Part shown: positions 1 to 13,013 of the stretch, in pieces | Layout: each line of letters starts with the position of its first letter | How positions within the stretch are numbered: position 1 is the stretch's first letter | NCBI GenBank assembly: GCA_965153455.1 | Contig: OZ234493.1 | Coordinates: 13,568,213 to 13,632,212, forward strand | DNA: 64,000 bases | DNA from: Sphagnum compactum | Taxonomy: Eukaryota | Reading direction: 5' to 3' | Translations under genes and position numbers: made by a program | The notes under the pieces: model-generated | Database searches by the model: none | Told to the model about the DNA's origin: nothing | The model's input: only the letters and a program-made list of their open reading frames with translations

Positions 1-1625
1 TGCATTCATTACCTAGTGATATTCTTCTAAGGCTTTGTCAAGGGTTCTCCAAGAATTGGAGGATACACATAACACGATGTTTTGCAAATTAACATTGACT
101 TGTTGTTAATTGTTTAATGGCTAACATTATTGAGACTTACAAATAATTTGTTTGTCATCACCTTAGTACTTAACTTGTTGACAAACTTGGGCCACATTTA
201 TTGTTTTCGTGAACTAAACTTAAATGGAGGTTTTTTTAATGAAGTATGGTTTACTATTGTTCCTATTGGTTGGAATCACTTGCAACTTAGTGTGGACAAA
301 TTCATTGTTGATTTTTCAAATTTGATTAATAAGGTTTTATCCAATAAAATTAGCCGGGGTGTTAGAACCACCCAAATAGAAGAGTCGCTTGTACCTTGGG
401 AATATGGGACAAAAATAATGAGGCATTGAGATCCAATTTCTTATGGAAATAAATTTTGTAACTTATTATTATTATTATTATTTATGATTATATGATTTTT
501 TTTTCATTTTCGTTTTAGTTGTCTATGGATTTTTCTTTGTGTAAGTATAACTAAATAAATAAACATTTTTGAAATTAATTGACGTGGTGGATTTTTAATG
601 ACGAATTGGAATCTAGTCAATTATTGCATTATGGAAAGGCATTCACTAAGAAAAATTATGCTTATGAGAACCAAAATAATTATTTCCATTTTATTTTTGA
701 GGTGTTGTTGTTGATTGACAAGAACTTAATCCCATTTTTATAACTTATGTTGGTGAAACTTGCATATAGACATCAAAACTACTTGTAGCATGTCCAAATG
801 CTATTACAAATACCTTTCAACCTAATACCAAAGGAAAGGAAGAAGCACATGAAGATTTTATTTCAAAATCTTCTATTTTATAGTTTCAAATTTGATAAAT
901 TTTTTGTCATTATTTTGATTTGGATTTTAGGTTTTATAAGTTTTTGTCTTTCATTTTTAGTAATTTGTTTCTTATGCAGGATGATTTTCATTTTGGAAAA
1001 GATATAGTTGTTGACAGAACTAATGATGTTACCTTTGTTGTTGTTTCCATTGTTGCGAGAATTGGTGTTCATCCTACCCATGATGGCTTTGCTATTGTTG
1101 TGTTGAGTTTTTGAGTTCTTAGTAGCGGATCATTGAACTTGAAGAAAGTTTTTGGGATAACATGTTTGATAAAGAGCTTCCCAACTATAAAAATAGGTTG
1201 GATGCCATCTTTTCTCGGCTACCACTTCAAACTATCAATGTCAACACAACTTTTGACTATGTTTTTAACAACCTTCACAATTGTCTTATAAGCATCACAT
1301 AGCTTGTTGATCCAAAATCAATTCATACCTTGACACTACCATGCATAGTTGATAGGTCTTGATTGGTTTTCTAGTTTCATTTTCATTTTATAGACTACAA
1401 GTTTTCTAGGATCTTCATTTTTTCTGTTGGTGCTGCAAGTAGATGGACAATTGCTAGGCTTAGTTTATTGAGTCAATTTTTTGGTTCAACAAGAATCTCT
1501 TTGTTAAACACATACATAATGAAGGTTTTAAGGGAAGAACGTGGATAGGATGATAAAATGAAGGAAGATTTGGATTTCATGAGGATGCTCATATGGGATT
1601 GAGGATGTTGTTGTTTCTAAGTTGT

Positions 1626-2574
1626 TGTCGCAACCCTAGCCTTGGCTCGCGACCAAGGCAAGGGGGTCGCAAGTGTGCGGGCCTATAAGTAGACCCGGGA
1701 GTCATATCACATGCTCCCGGGAGTGCAAAGAGTGTGAGGGAGTGAACCCTCACACTCCCAAGTGAACTCCCATGTTGGGAGTTGGTGAGAGTGGAGTCCC
1801 AAAAGGACTCCCGAAACTTCAGAGAGCATTTTGAGGGGTCAAAACTCAATGGCTTGTTGCGCTCTTTACATCAATGGAAAGCTCTTGAAGTGTAGATGTC
1901 TATAATGGGCTCGCATTGCTCATTTGAACATCTGAAACACGAGTTATGGCCAAAAGAAGGCCCGGGAGTCGAACTCCCGGGAGTCCGCCAGTTTTGACTC
2001 CCGACCACTAAAAGTCGGGAATCGACCCGAAATACTTGGCTGCAGAAAACGTGCGACATACCGTTGGAAAGGTCTCGACGAGACCTACAACTTTGCTTTA
2101 GACGGCGAGTCGATCGGAGGTCTGCTCCGATAGTTACGAAGCTTCAAAGTCGCGGGAGTCCCGAAAATGCGCGATTTCGGGACTCCCACGCGGGAGTCCC
2201 GGGAGTCCCGGGACAAAATGGCCATTTGGATGCCACCCCCGCGACGAGTCACAGAGTATACTATAGGGAGTAAGGTGGTGGCTTACTCCCGAGCCCGGGG
2301 TGTGGTGTGTCAAGTGAGTCCGAGTTCACCCGTGGCTGTCCCAACACCAAAAGGACCCAGAATGAGTTCTAACCACTTTGTGTGGTTTCATGCAGGCCCG
2401 TGTGAGTGAGTAAAGCTTGTCAATTCTTCCTAGTCTATCCCGGGACTTCTAGCACACCCCTCTCACCCCCCTCTAGTGCTAGAAGTCGGGAGCGTGCTCC
2501 AAGTTCCAACTCCTTCCGCATTGCCCCATACTTGGACCCTCAAGTGGGTCCACGAGGAACTTGGGAGTGCGTCA
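1626..2574. mobile_element. Solo LTR of an LTR retrotransposon (949 bp)
   Basis: Begins TGTCGCA and ends TGCGTCA (TG...CA, imperfect terminal inverted repeat). Flanked by an identical 5-bp TSD GTTGT (1621-1625 and 2575-2579). Sharply more GC-rich than the flanks, with internal GGGAGTCCC repeats. No gag/pol ORF. Confidence 0.88.
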
Positions 2575-4619
2575 GTTGTGATGAATGATTTGAAATCATC
2601 AAGTTCTTCAGGTTCATATGCAAGTCCATTACTTTGAAATTTAGGAATCTATTGAGAGTATGTTTTTACTAAGAAGATTTTTTTATTTTTTGTTTTTGAG
2701 TTGAGATGAGTGAGTTTGAAAGCATTTGTTTTGGGAGTTCATTTGTATGCATTGGTTTGAACTTTTTGAGGTTTTGGAGTTGGGATGAATGAAATTCAGG
2801 ATTTGAGTATTGTCATATTTCCTTTTATGATTTTACGACTCTTTGATTTGTTTTTGGGGGTGTTGGAGTTGGGATGAATGAAATCGAGGACTTGGGAATT
2901 GTTGTATCCTAAAAGGACCTTGATTTGTTGCTGGGGTGTTGGGGTTTTGAAGTTGGGATTCGTGAAATCCAGACAATTGAACATTGAGAGGTCTGACCCA
3001 CACTTCTTCTCAGAAGAATCCAATTTGTGCATGCGAATAAAAAAAGAGCTCCTTAGTTTTTACTATATTTATAGATTTTATCATTTTTTAAAAATAAAAA
3101 TGTTTGTTTCATTTTCTGATTTTTGAATTTTGTGATGCAATCTAGTAGACAAACATATGTTTCATCTCCATTTATGGAAAGTTTATACTTATAATTTTTA
3201 CCATTTTTTGAATAATAATAAAAAATTGGGAATTTTGTCATGCACGAGACAACAGATGTTTTATCTCTAGTCCAAAGAAACAAAAAAAAAAAGAGAGAAG
3301 AAAATGGAAAGAAAAAGTTTATTTTCCAGGCTGTTCATGAACCAGGTTTTCGTGGGTCAGGTGAGGGACCCAAAAATACAAAGGGAAAAAAAAGTTGCTG
3401 TGCTCTACGTGTTCATAATATCTAAGAAACTAGGGTGGAAACTCACATAGGTACCTCCCCAATTTCATGGACTTTTATAAAAGTGAGGTTTTGTTGCTTA
3501 TCCGCACTTTCCAAATATCAAAAGATCTCACCCCAAATGTCTCACAAATTCATACCCAACATTCGCCTACACCCTCCAAAATAACCAATGTTTTCTTCTT
3601 GCCCAAATTTTTTATTATTATTATTATTTTCCCATTTTTGGTGGGATTTTGTCACCATGTATAGAGAGTCTGGGGGTTAAGCAATGTCCGCGTCTTTTCC
3701 ATCTGTGCTTCTCGTTCCGCATTTGATTTCCACCATTGAAAAGCGGGTATTTCCTTCCTTTCTTGGAAGGTATGCATTCCACCGAGTGAGATGAAGCATT
3801 TCCCATATTGCTTCTATTTTGATCAAAATTCAAATCTCCTTGAGTTTTCATTTTATTTTAACCTAAATTTGTCGAATATGCCTCACCTTTTCTCCCCTTA
3901 TTTTTCCCTTTGAAAAACCTTTGTGTGATGAGCTAGCCAATCCATAACACTCTACGTGCAAATTGTTTATTGGGGTCTCCATGTGACTCTAGAGGACGAA
4001 ACAATGTAGTTTTCATTTGATCCCACTTTTTTGGCCCGGGTTATGACGAAACAAACAATGCATTGTGTAATGCCCAAGGAGCAGGGTATTGCCCCCAAAG
4101 AAACCAAGAGTAGTAGGGCCATGCCCAAGGAGCAAAGTGTTCCCAAAAGGAAGCGCTCACCCGGGGCAGAGCTAAGGGGATTGCTTATTTTGGGAACACC
4201 ATGCTCGGGGGTTTTTTGGGGAACTTGATGGAACATAAACTTTTATAACTGTTGTTGGTTTGAACTTGCCATAAGAAGTAGAGCCGTGAGGCAATGAGAT
4301 GAGCAGCTTGAGCTTTTCTGCATGTGTGCAATTTTTCCTCCTCTTCTCTTGTCGTTGTTGTGTCCAGAGAGAACGATACAGACACAGAGACAGAAGCCAA
4401 GAGATCCACAGAAAGACAGACAGACAGACAGAGAGATAGAAGCCAAGAGACACAGAAACAGACAGACAGACAGACACGAGAGACGAGAGATTTGGAACTT
4501 GCTTGAGAATTGGTGAGAAGAGTATTTCTGTACTTGCTTGAGAATAGGTGAGAATATTACAGTGTTTGTGTGGGTTGGAGTCTTCGAGAATTGATTGACG
4601 AGAGGTGCTGGTGACAGAA

Positions 4620-5891
4620 ATGGAGATGAGATCGGACTGGGAGGGCTTGGCGCCGGAGATTCTGACTCTGGTGTTACAACGAGTACAAGCAGGGAGTAGA
4701 GACAGAGGGGAAGGGAGACGCATTGTAGCGGTAGCTGGAGTTTGCAGCAGTTGGCGTCAATTGGTGCTGCAGCAACAGGAGGAAGAAGAAGCAGCAATAG
4801 CGCAATCCCTTGTGTTGTCTAGTACTAGTACTCATACTAGTACTAGTACTTGTTCTTCTCCGCAGCACTTGATTCGTTTTCCTGCTGCCATCCGGAGAGA
4901 AGCCGCGGTGGATTTCCCGCTGCAATGCTTGCTGAAGAAGAAAGGAAACTCCTTCTTCCTCTTCCAAACGTTCCAGAACTTGCAGGGCGTGAACGAGGAG
5001 TATCTTCTTCTCGGAGCTCGTAAGCATTACCTGCCTTCTTGCTCCTTCCAATTGAGCACCGATATCAGAAACTTGGTGAAGGAAAGAGCTTCGTCGTCGT
5101 CGTCGTCGTCTTCTTCTTCTTTTTCTTCTGCTGTGGCGTCTGTGAAGTCTAACTTCTCGAGATCGGAATTCGTGCTCGCCGATCACCAAAACTCGGCGCC
5201 GGAGAGATCTGGACTGTGTGTCAAGTATAGCGAAGAGATTGTTGCCGGCGTGCGCCAGCGCAAGCTCTGTTGCGGATTTCAACCAGCTTCATCATCGTCG
5301 CCCGGAAGAAGCTTGCAAACGTCTCGTCGTCGTGCTGCAGAAGGAGCTCCTCCTCTGGCGGCGCGAGCAATCGCTGCAACGACGACCGGATTCAGGTCCT
5401 TCATCGCATGGAGCTTCTTTCTGAGAATGGGACGACAAACCAGACGCGTGCACAGCACTCTGGAAGACGAGGAACAAAAGGAACAAGACGGACACGGCGT
5501 TGGCGTTGTGCATCCAAAGCGGATCGTAGTCGGAGATGGTGCATCTGATGAGGGAGCTAAGTCTCGTGCAGAAGAAGAAGCTCTTCCCGGTCCAAGGCTG
5601 ATGTCGTTGAAGAGCAAGACGCCGGAATGGAACCACGAACGAGGCTGTTGGTCGCTGGACTTCAAAGGCCGGGCCACAATGGCGTCAATCCACAACTTCC
5701 AGCTGGTCTCCTCCTCGAGTTCATCCGGCTCCCGGTCGGATGCAGCGAGTGCGGAAGAGAGAGTAGTGTTGCAGATGGGGAAAGTGGGGAAGGAGGAATA
5801 CATCGTGGATTTTTGCTCGCCGCTCTCTGCCCTCCAGGCTTTCTCCATCTGCCTTACCAGCTTTGCAACCAACACAGGACTGGAGCCTTGA
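4620..5891 (+). CDS. Tubby-like F-box protein (TLP family), intronless and divergent
   Basis: ORF 4605..5891; first ATG at 4620. N-terminal F-box-like segment (WEGLAPEILTLVLQRV...VAVAGVCSSWR). C-terminal Tubby signatures LKSKTPEWNHERGCWSLDFKGRATMASIHNFQLV and VVLQMGKVGKEEYIVDFCSPLSALQAFSICLTSF. Confidence 0.9.
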   Translation: MEMRSDWEGLAPEILTLVLQRVQAGSRDRGEGRRIVAVAGVCSSWRQLVLQQQEEEEAAIAQSLVLSSTSTHTSTSTCSSPQHLIRFPAAIRREAAVDFPLQCLLKKKGNSFFLFQTFQNLQGVNEEYLLLGARKHYLPSCSFQLSTDIRNLVKERASSSSSSSSSSFSSAVASVKSNFSRSEFVLADHQNSAPERSGLCVKYSEEIVAGVRQRKLCCGFQPASSSSPGRSLQTSRRRAAEGAPPLAARAIAATTTGFRSFIAWSFFLRMGRQTRRVHSTLEDEEQKEQDGHGVGVVHPKRIVVGDGASDEGAKSRAEEEALPGPRLMSLKSKTPEWNHERGCWSLDFKGRATMASIHNFQLVSSSSSSGSRSDAASAEERVVLQMGKVGKEEYIVDFCSPLSALQAFSICLTSFATNTGLEP

Positions 5892-6084
5892 TCACAAAAC
5901 AAGCTTCGAAACTTCTTCACCCGAATTGAGTGAGTTCTCTCCATTACCAAACCAACCCTTCTGCCACATTCTATTTCCTCCTCTGCAACGGAGATTCCCT
6001 TAACCCTAGAACCCAGCTCTCTGAGCTTCTGATACTGAGCTTGTAGATTGGCTAAAAATCTCAGCAGATTAGATAGGACTGGGT

Positions 6085-6390
6085 GAAACCTTGTGTATGA
6101 CTGCGTGATCAGAAGAGCCACAGAATTCTTCACGGAGATTCTTCAGACAGGAATCCGTCAAGATCTGCATGACTACCGGACCAAAGAAGAGCTACAGAAT
6201 TCTTCACAGGAGACAGAAATCCTTGAAGATTTGTATGACTACGCAATTGAATAGCTACCGAATTCTTCACACCAATTCTTCACAGGAGACTGGAAGTCCT
6301 TGAAGATCTGCATGGATGACTTTGTGATCAAAGAGTTACAAAATTCTTCACAGAAAATCTTCACAAGAGACAGAAATTGCATGACTACAA
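6085..6390 (+). repeat. Degenerate ~55-70 bp tandem repeats downstream of the Tubby-like gene
   Basis: Recurrent motif ...GCATGACTAC...AGAGCTACAGAATTCTTCACAGGAGAC...TCCTTGAAGAT in about 4-5 imperfect copies. Confidence 0.55.
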
Positions 6391-9300
6391 GCAAGTTTTC
6401 CAATTCCAGAATCTTGAATATGTATATTGTTACAGTAACATTCATTGCCAGACAATTATTTTTGTCTGTGGACTCCATAATCTTACCAGTTGTGGTATTT
6501 TTTCCTGAATTCTTGTCGGGTTCAAAGGTTTTGTGTCTGGGTGCTTGAATTCTTTGAGAGATTGGAAAGACAGTTAGCTGACAGAATTTTGTCAGCAAAC
6601 TAACACCACATTGCACTTGGCTGATCCTGTCAAATACTTCCCCATGCATCATCTTCAATGCTTCCACACCCAGGAAGACAATTATCAATAAAATTTATTT
6701 CTTGTACCCAAGAAAAAACCATCTGATATGCAACTGTGAGCATTTTGTTCATGAGCTTGCCTGCCTTCTTGACCAACAAATTTGCCATGAGCATTCCTGC
6801 AATGACCAACACATGCCATTCATCAACCCTCCAAAAAGGCAACTGCCTCATGACTGCTTTACATTGCACATGTCTTGAACTAGATCCCTCAAATGCCCAC
6901 TGCCTTTCTCCATTGCATTTCTGGAACTAGATCTAAATGCCCTCTGCCTTTCTCTACAAATTTCATTTCATTCCACATTCCACATTGTCCAAAATCATCT
7001 TGGTTCAAGCAACTTCATTGCATTTGGGTATCTACCCGATTTCTGGATTTACATGCCCTCTTCAAGTGCTCATAAACTAGCACATAGATTGAGCAACTCA
7101 AACAAAAAATTAACCTGCCCAAGGATCATGCCGTCTTCTGCTTGCATCCACTCCAAAAAAACCGCTTTCATCATCTCACATTCCCCGACCTTGACATTCC
7201 TTGCAAGCTTAGTATAATCTATCTATGAAGGAAGGCTGTTTCTTTGTTCTGTTTGTCACATTGAGATCTCCCTAACCACAGCCCCTCTTGCTGTGCTCTT
7301 AGTACCATCGGAAACCCTCAATGAGTCGGTTTCATAATGTCAGTGAAGTGCATATGGTATGTTGCTTGTGGTCTTCTTGCACAAAAGATTGATTTATTGT
7401 CTTGGACATTTAGTTGCAAACTCCCCCTCACCTTGCCTTTTACAAGGCTATTATATCAATCCTGGGTATATCCATTTTAGCTAAACTAAGTTCAACTATT
7501 TAATTTTTCACATGGAATTTCATTGTTTTTGGGTGTTTTTTACACATGCAAACCAATGGAGACCGTTTTTCCAATTAGCCTAATTTAAACATGAAATTTG
7601 TGAATTGTCATGTTGTCATATGTTGGAGTACTAGTGAGGTAGGCTTGGTTAATGGACTTATTGTTCCTCTATTGTGTGTGTTGGAACAAATGAGAGGGGA
7701 TGAGGTATGGTTACTAAATCCCAACTAAAAGTCTATTGCTAATCACACTAGCAAATGTAGGATACAAAGTATGGATCACCGCTATTTTTGGAAATACTCC
7801 ATTTCTGAAAAAATTGAAGGTTAGTTTGTTGTCTTCTTCATATTTCTCATAGACTCCTTTAATAACCATTGCACTAAATTCTGCATCTTCACCTCCTACT
7901 CATTGTTCTTCTTTGTGTGCATTTTTCCACAAACAATGTGATGAACAACTTTTTCCTTTCAGCCCCAACTCTTGTTTTTGTCAAATAAATTAATTGGCTA
8001 AAGTTCAACTACATTTGTTTTTGCACAAGTCTTGCATCATTCTCAAATTGTTCACTCCTTCAAACTATATTGTGGTAAATTGTCTTTGTTTTGATTACAT
8101 TAGCTATTGTGCAACAAATCAACTATGTTTTATTCTACTTCACCAACTTGATTGCTTTCTATTCAAATGAAAGAATTCTTACAACTATTTGGGTACGAAT
8201 ATATTTGTAAATACATTCTTACACAACCATATCGTCATCTTTTTCTAGTACTAGTAAATTTATGTTATTTATAGACCTATGAAATGGGCATTCCATCATT
8301 TGTTGATCCATGATTTTGCATGTTAATGAATTGTGGGATTTTTTTTAGATGGGGTGTCTAGGGTGGCAATGGTAATGGCATGCTGTTTTGTTGTAGTTGC
8401 AAGTTTTATATTGTGAATCTCAAAAACTTAAAGGCTATAATTAAGAATGCTAGGGGTGATTTCTTGACAAGTGTGTTTTATAAGTGAAAAGTTAAATCTA
8501 AATTATGTGCATAGGTTCTTAAATGACCATAATTTGTATGATAAAATAGTAGTGGTGATTGCTACAAATACATTATCACATACTAAGAACAAATTCGGTA
8601 AAAAATGTTTATGGGCTACCTTCATTGAACATGATTATTAGTTACCATCAAACGTGCAAACCACTTGACAATTACACTACAATTGAACTATAGTTGAGTT
8701 TTCCTTTACGTGTGTTGCACATTCAAATCCAAGCCACTTCCTTTCTCTTTTGGTCCATGCAAGAAAAAACTTGATATGTTTTTAGGGAAAAAAATTACAA
8801 CCAAATACAAATTATAACAAGTCATGGAAATGGCCCTCTTAAGCTTGAGTTAATGGTATGACACAAAATTAGATTGCAATTGTAGTGCTTGTGATGATTC
8901 ATGAAAGTTTTATAATTGCTAATGTCTAGAATTGAACGCTATAATATACTTGGGAAACTTTGGCACATGCATGTCATTTAAACTAATTAATTGAATTAAA
9001 GATTCCATAGCACAAAAAAAAAACCCTTGAATATCTCAAAAGATTATTTATTTTCTTTTTAAAATATTGAATTTTGACATTTCTACAAATAATATGATGG
9101 GTGGATGCATATTATAGTGGCCCACTTTTTGTGTCCCATTATGGTTTTCTATACGGTGTACTAATTTGACATGCCATTAACATTCCACAACAAACCATAT
9201 ACATGACAAATTTACAATATGTTGAAGATCATCAACATCAACAAAAGAAAAATTATGCAATTTTTCCATGATAAATGTGCACCCACTATGTTGTACAATG

Positions 9301-10454
9301 AATACATATGGAGCATCCCCATGTTTTACATTTCCACAGACATCCAATTTTCAATTTTCAACTTTTTATTCAAAATATTTTATAGGGATTCATGAATATT
9401 TGATACCTACATGATAGAAAAACAAACATACATTTGAAGACTTTACTACAAAAACCTTAACCAAAATATAGTTATGGACTTTTGAATGATTATATCTTGA
9501 CCTTATTTTCAAAATTCTTTATATTAGTAGGTATTTTTTTTCCCTTCTAATTTGTATGTCAAAAAGATGAATAGTTGGGCTTTTGTTCATATGAATTTAA
9601 TTAACTCATTAATCACCTCATACTCCCCATTTCAACCAATTTAACATTCAAAAATTGATTTTTAGGGAGCGTTTTATTCATAAAAAATGAACCAATATAA
9701 CTTGCATTTACCCTAATCAATGTTGAAACTACTAATGTAATATGGTATTCCACGTTCATGAGCTTTGTCTTTCTTGTTTTCAAATTTTATGGCCTATTTT
9801 CAAGACTATGGCATATATTGACCAAATACCTAATGTCATGATTTTTATTTATGGAAGAATAACAACATATTCCTAGGTTCTCCAAGGAAATTCCCTATAT
9901 AGAAAAGTGATTAGTTTTGTGACTAAACTTTGAAATTATTGTCCATATATGTAGAATCCTTGAATGCTTACATTAATTGAAAAATGTCATTATGTTACAA
10001 TATTTGATTCATGAATTACCCCAAGAAGTGCACCCAAGAAAGTGGGTGGGTTTTTTAATGCCATGGATCCTAATATTCCCTTAAGCTTAATTTGAGATTT
10101 TTTTTCCATTAACTAGTTTTTTTCTCACACATCTTTGATTGATAATGATGTAAATGTGTGAAGCCTACATTTATTTTCCAAAAAACAAATCTTCAAAATT
10201 TTAATCTTCAAATGAAAAATAATTAAAAAAACATATGTGGTAAATATTCAAAACATGTATCAAAATGATGTTTACATTACAAGTTTTTTGATCTACTAAC
10301 AACTCTTTTACTAGCAGTTCTAACAAATCTTCTACCTACAAATTTTGATTAGATTATTGCTGGTATTGATTTTTTTTTTAAAAGCCTAGATACCCTAACC
10401 TGGCTGACATATTTTCTGATTATTTTTTTCATTAACACTTCCTTGCTTGATATA

Positions 10455-10970
10455 TAAAGACAGATAGAGTATAAGAGGTAGGGTGTTCTTAGGAAGGGCT
10501 ATTAGTTCATGCCCAAAAAAGTGGCAGCCCCTTTCACCTATAAAGGTGGGCCAAAGGGGGAGGAACTCTATACTTCAAAATAGAACCTTTTAATTTGAGG
10601 AGCCTCCATGGTTTTTTTTTTTTTTTGAGTGATGAGCCAATCAAATAGGCTCATTGCAACCCCAAAAAAATTAAAATTTTAAAAATTGAATTTTGGAGGC
10701 ACCTGATCTATAGAGTATAAAAACAGATAGAGTATAATAGGAAGGGTGTTCTTGGGAAGGGCTATTAGTCCATGCCAAAAATAGTGGCGGCTCCTTTCAC
10801 CTATATAGGTGAGCCAAAAGGGGAGGAACTCTATACTTCAAAAATAAAACCTTTCATTTTGAGGAGCCTTCATATTTTCATTTTTTTTGGAGTGATGGGC
10901 CAATCAAATTGACTCATTGCAAAAAAAAAGAAAAAGAAAAAATAGAATAAAATAGAACTTGGGAGGCACC
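10455..10970 (+). repeat. Two diverged tandem copies of a ~265-bp dispersed-repeat unit
   Basis: ACAGATAGAGTATAA..GGGTGTTCTT.GGAAGGGCTATTAGT.CATGCC...CCTTTCACCTATA.AGGTG.GCCAAA.GGGGAGGAACTCTATACTTCAAAA occurs at ~10460 and ~10723. Confidence 0.75.
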
Positions 10971-11666
10971 TTGGGAAGCATAATAATAGGTGTCTAATAT
11001 ACACACACAACAACACTCCCATTTTGGTGAAGAATCAAAGATAAGAATGGATGCATGACCATCCCCTAAAAAAAGCACCAAAGATCGATGAAGCCCCAGA
11101 AAGAAGAAGCACACTATGGAAGCGAAGCGAAAGCCGCCCCCCCCCCCCCCCCCCAAATAAATAAATAAATCGGTCACTTGTCACTTCCGGCGGCAAAAAC
11201 AAAAAAAAACAAATCAGAAAAAAGGCCAAAACAATTCAAACAAAGAAAGTCGCGGTTTTCGAAAGTCCCAAAACGCTCGCTCTCCAAGTCCTCGCATGCA
11301 TTTGTGGAAGTCGGAAGTTTTTTCGAATCTTCAAACGGTCCGTTTTTAGACCTACTCTTTCTTTCTTTCTTTCTTGTGTTACGTTTTCTGCTGAGGAAGA
11401 AGAAAGAGATTTGAAGTTTACATGGTTTCCAATTTCGTCTTCCTTGTGGTCGTGTGTCCCAGCACGCCAAAAAAAAAAAACCAAACAAACAAACGAACAA
11501 GCACAGAAACAAATTCTGAGCTTCTACTTCTTCTCCCACTAACTACTGACTGCTGCACCCAAAACCCACAACTTTCCTCTTGCAACCCAAGGATTTAGAA
11601 GGAATTAGAACTCTCTCATACAGTTTTTTTGTTGTTTATTGTTGATGATCTGTTGGGTGATGGTGG

Positions 11667-13013
11667 TTTTTTTCGCTGGAATTGTTTGCTTGTTTGCTGT
11701 GTGATCGATTATCCATCTGTTGGTAGCAATAGCACTACACTTTCTGTTGTAACCAAAGCAAACAATCGTGGAGGTGAGTTTAGGTGTTTAGTTTTTCTTT
11801 TTGGGGTGTGCGGGAACGTGTTGTGTAGATCCAAGTTTGGAGCTTGTCTTGTTTGGAGATCGAAGCGTTGAAGCTTTGGACATTTTGTTGTGGACATTTG
11901 ATCAAAGTTTGGAGCCTTTTTTTTTTGGTTTGGTTTGGTTTGGTGTGCTACGTGTTTTGTTTAGTGCAAAAATGCTCTTGTTTTGCGCGGAGGATCGAGC
12001 GCAAGGTTGTAATTTTGTTGGAGAAGCGATGATGATGAGAAGAGCAAGGAACTAACGCAGGAGGAGGAGAAGCCGGAGCTTTCTTAGATGCTCCTGCGTG
12101 TTGGACTCGCAGTCATTTTTTTCGCTGGAATTGTTTGCTTGTTTGCTGTGTGATCGATTATCCATCTGTTGGTAGCAATAGCACTACACTTTCTGTTGTA
12201 ACCAAAGCAAACAATCGTGGAGGTGAGTTTAGGTGTTTAGTTTTTCTTTTTGGGGTGTGCGGGAACGTGTTGTGTAGATCCAAGTTTGGAGCTTGTCTTG
12301 TTTGGAGATCGAAGCGTTGAAGCTTTGGACATTTTGTTGTGGACATTTGATCAAAGTTTGGAGCCTTTTTTTTTTGGTTTGGTTTGGTTTGGTGTGCTAC
12401 GTGTTTTGTTTAGTGCAAAAATGCTCTTGTTTTGCGCGGAGGATCGAGCGCAAGGTTGTAATTTTGTTGGAGAAGCGATGATGATGAGAAGAGCAAGGAA
12501 CTAACGCAGGAGGAGGAGAAGCCGGAGCTTTCTTAGATGCTCCTGCGTGTTGGACTCGCAGTCATTTTTTTCGCTGGAATTGTTTGCTTGTTTGCTGTGT
12601 GATCGATTATCCATCTGTTGGTAGCAATAGCACTACACTTTCTGTTGTAACCAAAGCAAACAATCGTGGAGGTGAGTTTAGGTGTTTAGTTTTTCTTTTT
12701 GGGGTGTGCGGGAACGTGTTGTGTAGATCCAAGTTTGGAGCTTGTCTTGTTTGGAGATCGAAGCGTTGAAGCTTTGGACATTTTGTTGTGGACATTTGAT
12801 CAAAGTTTGGAGCCTTTTTTTTTTGGTTTGGTTTGGTTTGGTGTGCTACGTGTTTTGTTTAGTGCAAAAATGCTCTTGTTTTGCGCGGAGGATCGAGCGC
12901 AAGGTTGTAATTTTGTTGGAGAAGCGATGATGATGAGAAGAGCAAGGAACTAACGCAGGAGGAGGAGAAGCCGGAGCTTTCTTAGATGCTCCTGCGTGTT
13001 GGACTCGCAGTCA
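11667..13013 (+). repeat. Perfect tandem triplication, 3 x 449 bp, covering the CHUP1 5' leader and start codon
   Basis: Units start at 11667, 12116 and 12565. The ORF track shows identical translations at 449-bp offsets. Each unit ends in ...TTAGATGCTCCTGCGTGTTGGACTCGCAGTCA. Confidence 0.97.

Noticed and set aside
1-3040. Possible decayed coding sequence on the minus strand around the solo LTR
   Set aside because: Only short stop-ridden frames; no family motif recognised.
3680-3820. Minus-strand text KEIPAFQWWKSNAER resembling a hAT transposase dimerisation motif
   Set aside because: Too short and frameshifted, with no other transposase sequence or termini.
4674-6133. Long antisense ORFs (202 aa and 284 aa) over the Tubby-like gene
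   Set aside because: Shadow frames of a GC-rich, microsatellite-containing CDS; no recognisable protein.
7218-8248. Possible second Helitron (A|TCTATCTATGAAGG ... TTTTCTAG|T)
   Set aside because: The termini are suggestive, but there is no convincing subterminal hairpin and CTAGT occurs several times nearby.
11709-12953. Repeated 61-84 aa ORFs in the ORF track
   Set aside because: By-products of the 449-bp triplication of non-coding leader/intron sequence.
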